DNA from: Candidatus Dojkabacteria bacterium
GTDB taxonomy: Bacteria > Patescibacteriota > Dojkabacteria > SC72
Assembly (NCBI GenBank): GCA_012842045.1
Contig: DUTP01000006.1
Span: 10,979 to 74,978 of the forward strand
Direction of reading: 5' to 3'
Length of the DNA stretch: 64,000 nucleotides
The position numbers and the translations under genes are program-made. Shown here piece after piece: positions 58,259 to 64,000 of this stretch; the stretch's first letter is position 1, and each line of letters starts with the position of its first letter. The notes below the pieces were generated by a model. The model made no database searches. It was given only the letters and a program-made list of their open reading frames with translations, and was not told the DNA's origin.

Positions 58259-60361
58259 ATGGATAAAAATACATACAATGTTAAGATGCCTTTAGACCAG
58301 ATTAGAAATATTGGTATCATTGCACACATAGATGCAGGAAAAACTACAACAACAGAAAGACTTTTGTACTTTACAGGACAGGTTCATAAGATTGGAGAAA
58401 CACACGAAGGTGAAGCAACTACAGACTTCATGGAACAGGAACAAGAGAGAGGTATTACTATTATGTCTGCAGCAGTTACATGTTTCTGGCCATACAATGG
58501 AGAGGATCACAGAATTAACATCATTGACACACCAGGGCATGTAGACTTTACAGCAGAGGTTGAGAGATCTCTTAGAGTTCTAGATGGTGCAGTAGTTATT
58601 TTTGATGGAAGAAAAGGAGTAGAACCACAGTCTGAAACAGTTTGGAGACAGGCAAATAAATATCATGTACCAAGAATTTGTTTTATGAATAAAATTAACC
58701 TCATTGGAGGTAACTTTGATCATAGCTTCCAAACAATTAAGGATAGGTTGAGCAATAAGGCAGTTGCAGTTACATACCCAATCGGAAAAGAGCAAGACCT
58801 ACATGGTTTCGTAGATTTGGTAAAGATGAAAGCTTACAAATATGAAGGTATTGACACCCCAGATTTGATTGAAATTCCAATACCTGAAGATATAAAAGAT
58901 AAAGTTGAAGAGTTGAGAAACATTTTAGTAGAAGCATTAGCAGAACAGGATGATGATTTAATGGAGAAATACTTTGCAGGAGAGGAATTTAAAGAAGAGG
59001 AACTCTATGCAGCTTTAAGAAAGGGAACACTAGCAGAGAATATTTTCCCAGTATTGGGTGGTGATACTAGAACAGCAATGGCTAAGACACTTTTAGACTA
59101 CATTACAATCTGTTTGCCATCGCCTTTAGATGTTCCTGCAGTAATGGGGGTAAATCCAAAGACAGGTGAAGAAGAAGAGAGAAAAGCAGAAGAGACAGAA
59201 CCATTCTCTGCATTAGTCTTTAAAATTGTTAATGACCCTCATGTTGGAAATCTTTCATACTTTAGAGTGTATTCTGGGAAGATTGATTCGGGTTCATATG
59301 TTTTGAACTCCACAAAAAATATCAAAGAGAGGGCAAGTAGACTTATCTTAATGCATGCAGATGACAGGGAAGAGGTTACCTCTTTGAGAGTTGGAGATAT
59401 TGGTGCAATTGTAGGTCTTAAGGACTCTGTAACAGGAGACACACTCTGTGATGAGAAAAATCCAATCATTCTTGAACAGATTCAGTTTGCAGAGCCAGTT
59501 GTATCGCAAGCTATTGAACCAGCAACAAAATCAGATGAAGAGAAGATGTCAGAAGCTTTAGCAAGATTTGTTAAGGAAGACCCAACATTTAGAGTGAGTT
59601 CGAATCATGAGACGGGTCAGACAATTATCTCAGGTATGGGTGAGCTTCACCTAGATATCATTGTTGATAGAATGAAAAGAGAGTTTAATGTAGCTGCAAA
59701 TGTTGGTAAGCCACAGGTTGCATACAAAGAGACTATTAAGAGTAATGTAGAACAAGTCGAAGGACGATATGTTAAACAGTCTGGTGGAAAAGGTCAGTAT
59801 GGTCACTGTTGGTTGAAGTTAGAACCAAATGAAAAAGGTAAAGGGTTTGAGTTTGTTAATGATGTTAAGGGAGGAGCAATTCCAAGAGAGTTTATCCCAG
59901 CAATCCAAAAGGGTGTAGAGGAAGCTATGAAGTCTGGTGTGACTGCTGGGTATCCAGTAGTTGATATCAAAGTATCTGTCTATGATGGTTCCTATCATGA
60001 TGTTGACTCATCTGAAGCTGCATTTAAGATTGCAGGTTCTATGGCATTCAAAGAAGGTATGAGATTAGGAGATCCAATTCTACTCGAACCAATCATGAAG
60101 GTTGATGTTGATACACCTGATGAGTATATGGGAGATGTCACAGGTTCACTTAGTAGTAAGAGGGGTCAGATTCAGGGAACTGAGAGTTTGGGTAGTGGTA
60201 TTAACAGAATTACAGCATTTGTACCATTAGCAGAACTGTTTGGATATACAAATGAGTTGAGATCCATTACTAGTGGGAGAGGTTCGTCTACAATGGAACC
60301 TGCACACTATGCGGAGGTTCCAAAAAATATTGCAGAGGAAATTGCAGGAAAGCAGGTGTAA
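58259..60361 (+). CDS. fusA: Elongation factor G
   Basis: [47 protein letters not shown]. Confidence 0.98.
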   Translation: MDKNTYNVKMPLDQIRNIGIIAHIDAGKTTTTERLLYFTGQVHKIGETHEGEATTDFMEQEQERGITIMSAAVTCFWPYNGEDHRINIIDTPGHVDFTAEVERSLRVLDGAVVIFDGRKGVEPQSETVWRQANKYHVPRICFMNKINLIGGNFDHSFQTIKDRLSNKAVAVTYPIGKEQDLHGFVDLVKMKAYKYEGIDTPDLIEIPIPEDIKDKVEELRNILVEALAEQDDDLMEKYFAGEEFKEEELYAALRKGTLAENIFPVLGGDTRTAMAKTLLDYITICLPSPLDVPAVMGVNPKTGEEEERKAEETEPFSALVFKIVNDPHVGNLSYFRVYSGKIDSGSYVLNSTKNIKERASRLILMHADDREEVTSLRVGDIGAIVGLKDSVTGDTLCDEKNPIILEQIQFAEPVVSQAIEPATKSDEEKMSEALARFVKEDPTFRVSSNHETGQTIISGMGELHLDIIVDRMKREFNVAANVGKPQVAYKETIKSNVEQVEGRYVKQSGGKGQYGHCWLKLEPNEKGKGFEFVNDVKGGAIPREFIPAIQKGVEEAMKSGVTAGYPVVDIKVSVYDGSYHDVDSSEAAFKIAGSMAFKEGMRLGDPILLEPIMKVDVDTPDEYMGDVTGSLSSKRGQIQGTESLGSGINRITAFVPLAELFGYTNELRSITSGRGSSTMEPAHYAEVPKNIAEEIAGKQV

Positions 60362-60369
60362 GTATCTGA

Positions 60370-60406
60370 AAGAACCTCTAGTAGTTAAGTGTTACTAGAG
60401 GTTCTT
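60370..60406. terminator. 14-bp perfect hairpin between convergent fusA and HAD genes
   Basis: AAGAACCTCTAGTA-gttaagtgt-TACTAGAGGTTCTT. Confidence 0.7.
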
Positions 60407-61026
60407 ATTAACTCTTCAATCTCTAAAATATCTTCAATAATATAATCAGGAGTAAAACTATCACTAGTTCTTCCACTTTTAAGCCAAATAGTCTTCATAT
60501 TAAATCTTGCTCCTGTTATCAAATCTTCTATATCATCATCAACAAAGAAAATTTGTTTAGGGTCTGCATTTGGAAATTTCTTTATCAATATGTCGTATAA
60601 TCCAGGTTTTGGTTTCTTAATTTTATAATCCCCACTAAAAATAATTTCATCAAAAATATCTCTTAAGTTAAATTTCTGTACCAAATAGTATCCCCATTCA
60701 GAAGGTATGTTAGATAGAATTGCTAATCTGGAATCTTTCTTCATTCTTGTTGCCATTTCTAACACACCCATCTTAAAAAGAATTTTACTTAGGAATCTTT
60801 CCTCAAAATCCTCGTAGTTTGCAACTCCAATATTATTCCAGAAAGTACTCTTTGAGATTCTACTAACTTGGTAGTTCCAATATTCCCTTCGAATCAAATT
60901 AATACTTTTGTTTGGAATCATAAGGTGTAGTATTTGTGATATTAGATGTGGATTAGACGTTAATGTCCCAATCATATCGAAAATGACTAATCTCTCCTTT
61001 TCATTATCTTTGTTGCTTTCTTCCAT
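60385..61026 (-). CDS. HAD-superfamily hydrolase
   Basis: IFDMIGT (motif I), LSN (II), KKP (III), FVDD (IV). Confidence 0.85.
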   Translation of the reverse strand: MEESNKDNEKERLVIFDMIGTLTSNPHLISQILHLMIPNKSINLIRREYWNYQVSRISKSTFWNNIGVANYEDFEERFLSKILFKMGVLEMATRMKKDSRLAILSNIPSEWGYYLVQKFNLRDIFDEIIFSGDYKIKKPKPGLYDILIKKFPNADPKQIFFVDDDIEDLITGARFNMKTIWLKSGRTSDSFTPDYIIEDILEIEELIRTSSNT

Positions 61027-61139
61027 ATTTTGTTTGTCCTAAGTTTAACTATTTAAAGTATATATGAAGAGTGGGGATATTGGTACTTTGCTTTTCTTTG
61101 GTATAATCTCTGAATTAAATAATCAAACATTACAAACGA

Positions 61140-61970
61140 ATGAAAAAGAAACAAAACGATTTAAAAAGTTCTGAGCTACTTTCTCTCTTACAAGAAGGTA
61201 AGGTACAAGAATTCTTTGATGAACTAGGAAAAATAATTGAGACATTTGGTGAAGACATTAAAAACTTCAATCTTGATGATTGGGCTGTTAAATATTCTAG
61301 AGGGAAAGAACAACAAGCTATTAATACTGCTATTACAGGGAAAGCGGAAGAAAAAGCTAAAGAATGGATATGTCCAAGAATACCTGATTGGGTTCATCCT
61401 GATCATTTAACAGTACTAGGGTATATTGGTATGGTAATTACAGCATTGGGTTTTGTTTTTGGATTCGTGAATAGGTGGTACATACTTTTAATACCATTTG
61501 GTCTGCTAGTTAACTGGTTTGGAGATTCTTTTGATGGAAGTATTGCAAGATATAGAAAGAAAACTAGACCTAAGTATGGCTATTATATTGATAAAATAGT
61601 AGATGCTGTTGCAGTTGTCACTTTAGCATTAGGTGTCGGTCTTTCAGGCTTTATTAAGATAGAGATTGCTCTCCTTTTCGCATGTATCTACCTGGCCTTA
61701 ATGTCCCATGTTGATTTGGTTACTCATGTGCAAGGACAGAATAGGAATGCATTTGGATTATTTGGTCCAACAGAGATTAGGATAGTGGGAGTATTGTTCT
61801 CCATATATATGTTTTTCTCAAAAGTTCATTATTTCGATGTTTATAAATATACAATAACTCAGTATGATATTGCGTTGTTTGCTATAACTGTGATAATGGC
61901 TGGTGTACTCTTTGTGTCTATTCTCAAAAAAGGTGTTGAACTCCATAAAATTGATACTAAGGATTGGTAG
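61140..61970 (+). CDS. CDP-alcohol phosphatidyltransferase family protein
   Basis: PDHLT and the signature DSFDGSIARYRKKTRPKYGYYIDKIVD; multiple TMs. Confidence 0.9.
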   Translation: MKKKQNDLKSSELLSLLQEGKVQEFFDELGKIIETFGEDIKNFNLDDWAVKYSRGKEQQAINTAITGKAEEKAKEWICPRIPDWVHPDHLTVLGYIGMVITALGFVFGFVNRWYILLIPFGLLVNWFGDSFDGSIARYRKKTRPKYGYYIDKIVDAVAVVTLALGVGLSGFIKIEIALLFACIYLALMSHVDLVTHVQGQNRNAFGLFGPTEIRIVGVLFSIYMFFSKVHYFDVYKYTITQYDIALFAITVIMAGVLFVSILKKGVELHKIDTKDW

Positions 61971-62125
61971 CAACTTAATAGGTCTGGCCAGTTATTGGCT
62001 TATATAAGATAGGGCTTGCATTAGTTGTAACTTTTTGATAATATTCATCGCAGGTTCTCTATTGAACCTCAAGATAATCAAAGGTATTAAATAATATAAA
62101 TAATTAAATTTTTAAAAATATATTT

Positions 62126-63304
62126 ATGGCAGGCGAATTTACAAGAACAAAGCCACACATGAATATCGGAACCCTTGGTCATATCGATCACGGTAAGACA
62201 ACATTGGTTAAAGGTATTCTAACAACATTCTCTCCTGATAAAGAGGATACAGCAAAGATGATCGACAAGCTGGATAAAGATCCAGAAGCAAGATCAAAGG
62301 CAATTACAATTGCACCAGCACATGTAGAATTTGAAACTGAAGATAGACACTATGCATTAGTAGACTGTCCAGGTCACAAAGACTACATTAAGAATATGAT
62401 TACAGGTGCAGCACAGATGGATGGTGCTATTTTAGTTATCTCATCCAGCGACGGTGCTATGCCTCAAACAAAGGAGCATATTCTTCTTGCAAAGCAGGTT
62501 GGTGTTCCAAAGATGGTTGTTTTTATCAACAAGTTTAAGGATGCAGATCCAGAGCTTTTAGATTTGATTAAAGCAGATGTTCAAGACCTTTTAAAGAAGT
62601 ATGGTTTTGATGAGAATTGCCCAATCATTGAAGGAGATGCTCTTAAGGCTTCACAGGGCGAAGAGGAAGGTGCAAGTGGAATTAGAGATCTTATGAAAGC
62701 AGTAGAAGAATATATTCCAGTTCCAGAAAGAGATATTGACAAACCATTCTTGATGCCTATTGAAGATGTCTTCTCAATTGAAGGTAGGGGTACAGTAGTA
62801 ACAGGAAGAATTGAAAGAGGTAAGATTAAGGTTGGTGAGGAAGTAGATGTATTAGGAATGGGTAGAAAGACTCAGAAGACAGCTGTTACAGGTGTTGAGA
62901 TGTTTAACAAAGCACTTAACGAGGGTCAGGCAGGAGATAATGTTGGTGTTCTACTTAGAGGTTTAAAGAGAGAGGATGTGCAGAGAGGGCAAGCATTAGC
63001 TGCACCAGGAACTGTAAGTACTCATACAGACTTCAAAGCAGAGGTCTATGTGTTAAGTAAAGAGGAAGGTGGAAGACACTCACCATTTGTATCTGGTTAC
63101 AAACCACAGTTCTACATCAAGACTGCTGATGTAACAGGAGAAGTTGTCTTACCAGAGGGTACAGAGATGGTTGCTCCAGGAGACAATACAGAGTTTACAG
63201 TAAAGTTGATATCTCCAGTTGCAATTGAGAAAGGTTTCTCCTTTGCAATTAGAGAAGGTGGTCAGACAGTAGGTCAAGGTATTGTAACTGAGATTTTGAA
63301 GTAA
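62126..63304 (+). CDS. tuf: Elongation factor Tu
   Basis: [50 protein letters not shown]. Confidence 0.98.
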   Translation: MAGEFTRTKPHMNIGTLGHIDHGKTTLVKGILTTFSPDKEDTAKMIDKLDKDPEARSKAITIAPAHVEFETEDRHYALVDCPGHKDYIKNMITGAAQMDGAILVISSSDGAMPQTKEHILLAKQVGVPKMVVFINKFKDADPELLDLIKADVQDLLKKYGFDENCPIIEGDALKASQGEEEGASGIRDLMKAVEEYIPVPERDIDKPFLMPIEDVFSIEGRGTVVTGRIERGKIKVGEEVDVLGMGRKTQKTAVTGVEMFNKALNEGQAGDNVGVLLRGLKREDVQRGQALAAPGTVSTHTDFKAEVYVLSKEEGGRHSPFVSGYKPQFYIKTADVTGEVVLPEGTEMVAPGDNTEFTVKLISPVAIEKGFSFAIREGGQTVGQGIVTEILK

Positions 63305-63314
63305 GGGTTTTGTC

Positions 63315-63340
63315 GTAGAGGGTGGGTGACCACCCTCTAC
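63315..63340 (+). other. GC-rich 11-bp hairpin with a GNRA loop between tuf and rpsJ
   Basis: GTAGAGGGTGG-GTGA-CCACCCTCTAC, with no U-tract after it. Confidence 0.7.
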
Positions 63341-63371
63341 ATGTAATATTTAATTTAGCTCTTTTGAAAGA

Positions 63372-63683
63372 ATGGCAAACGAAAGTCCAAGAATTAGAGT
63401 AAAACTACGGGGGTATGATTCTTCTGTAGTTGACAGGTCTGCAAAAAGTATAATAGAAACAGCTATTAGTACAGGTGCTAAAGTTGCAGGACCAATTCCT
63501 CTTCCAACTAAAAAGAGGAAGGTTGCAGTAAATAGATCACCATTTATTTATAAGAGCTCAATTGAACATTTTGAGATAAACACTCATAAAAGAGTGATAG
63601 ATATAATTGATCCTACTCCCAAAACGATCGATGCTTTGCAGCATTTAGAGATGCCTGCAGGTGTAGATATTGGGATTCAGTAA
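63372..63683 (+). CDS. rpsJ: 30S ribosomal protein S10
   Basis: [27 protein letters not shown]. Confidence 0.97.
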   Translation: MANESPRIRVKLRGYDSSVVDRSAKSIIETAISTGAKVAGPIPLPTKKRKVAVNRSPFIYKSSIEHFEINTHKRVIDIIDPTPKTIDALQHLEMPAGVDIGIQ

Positions 63684-63699
63684 TAGTTAATTAATAAAA

Positions 63700-64000
63700 A
63701 TGAAGGCATTAATAGGAACAAAAAAAGGTATGACAAGAGTGTTTGTGGATGACAAGGTTGTCCCAGTAACTGTTGTCGATGTGTCAGACTGTATATTGTC
63801 CTTTATTGAGCCTGAAGGTTTTGAGTTAGGGTTAGGTGAGAAGAAGAATCCTACGAAAGCAATGGCTGGTAGGTATGCAAATGCAAAGAAAGTTCCTGCA
63901 CAAACTTCGTACTTCAAGGGGATATTGGAGGGAGAAGTACAGATAGGAGATGAGGTAAAACCTGAAATCTTTTCCTCTGGAGACAAAGTAGTTGTAAGAG
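63700..64000 (+). CDS. rplC: 50S ribosomal protein L3, truncated by the window end
   Basis: Manual translation MKALIGTKKGMTRVFVDDKVVPVTVVD...GDEVKPEIFSSGDKVVV; follows rpsJ. Confidence 0.93.
   Translation, partial: MKALIGTKKGMTRVFVDDKVVPVTVVDVSDCILSFIEPEGFELGLGEKKNPTKAMAGRYANAKKVPAQTSYFKGILEGEVQIGDEVKPEIFSSGDKVVVR

Noticed and set aside
631-61406. Many 60-210 aa ORFs antisense to or nested in longer genes (e.g. 3558-4136, 17645-18190, 30284-30820, 38525-39154, 48795-49382)
   Set aside because: Ser/Phe/Leu/Ile-rich mirror translations of well-supported genes, with no motifs of their own.
63687-63986. 99-aa minus-strand ORF in the track
   Set aside because: Antisense shadow of rplC.

Overview
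AT-rich, gene-dense chromosomal window from a reduced-genome bacterium, most likely Patescibacteria/CPR (Dojkabacteria/Microgenomates-like). This is inferred from gene content and not tested phylogenetically. It uses the standard code: TGA ends genes at 22488 and 34984. Housekeeping genes: rpsT, holA, mltG, ruvX, short alaS, dnaJ, nusA-infB, groES-groEL, folD-glyA-thyX, rpsO-pnp, queH, def, tRNA-Leu(CAG), secG, RsmF-like, rsmE, pcrA, fusA, tuf-rpsJ-rplC. Also present: a catalytically complete form II/III RuBisCO, an Erm-like rRNA methyltransferase cut by the left edge, a sortase with two candidate TPxxG substrates, and many membrane-anchored Ig/FN3/Cys-rich surface proteins, including a VirB6-like cluster. 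The least explained element is a ~190-bp intergenic array at 41445-41637. It holds four same-architecture palindromes (6-10 bp arms, 7-nt AT-rich centre) bounded by a 15-bp near-perfect direct repeat. It lies right after an orphan nucleotidyltransferase-like gene, and each palindrome translates into a peptide resembling the variable motif of Bro-N/RhuM/ORF6N-type DNA-binding proteins. Other observations: two unannotated small ORFs, variant CIRCE boxes, a nusA leader attenuator, pervasive leaderless promoter-ATG geometry, and recurring VLG and RSxA motifs after N-terminal membrane anchors. No CRISPR array, rRNA, transposase or integrase was seen.
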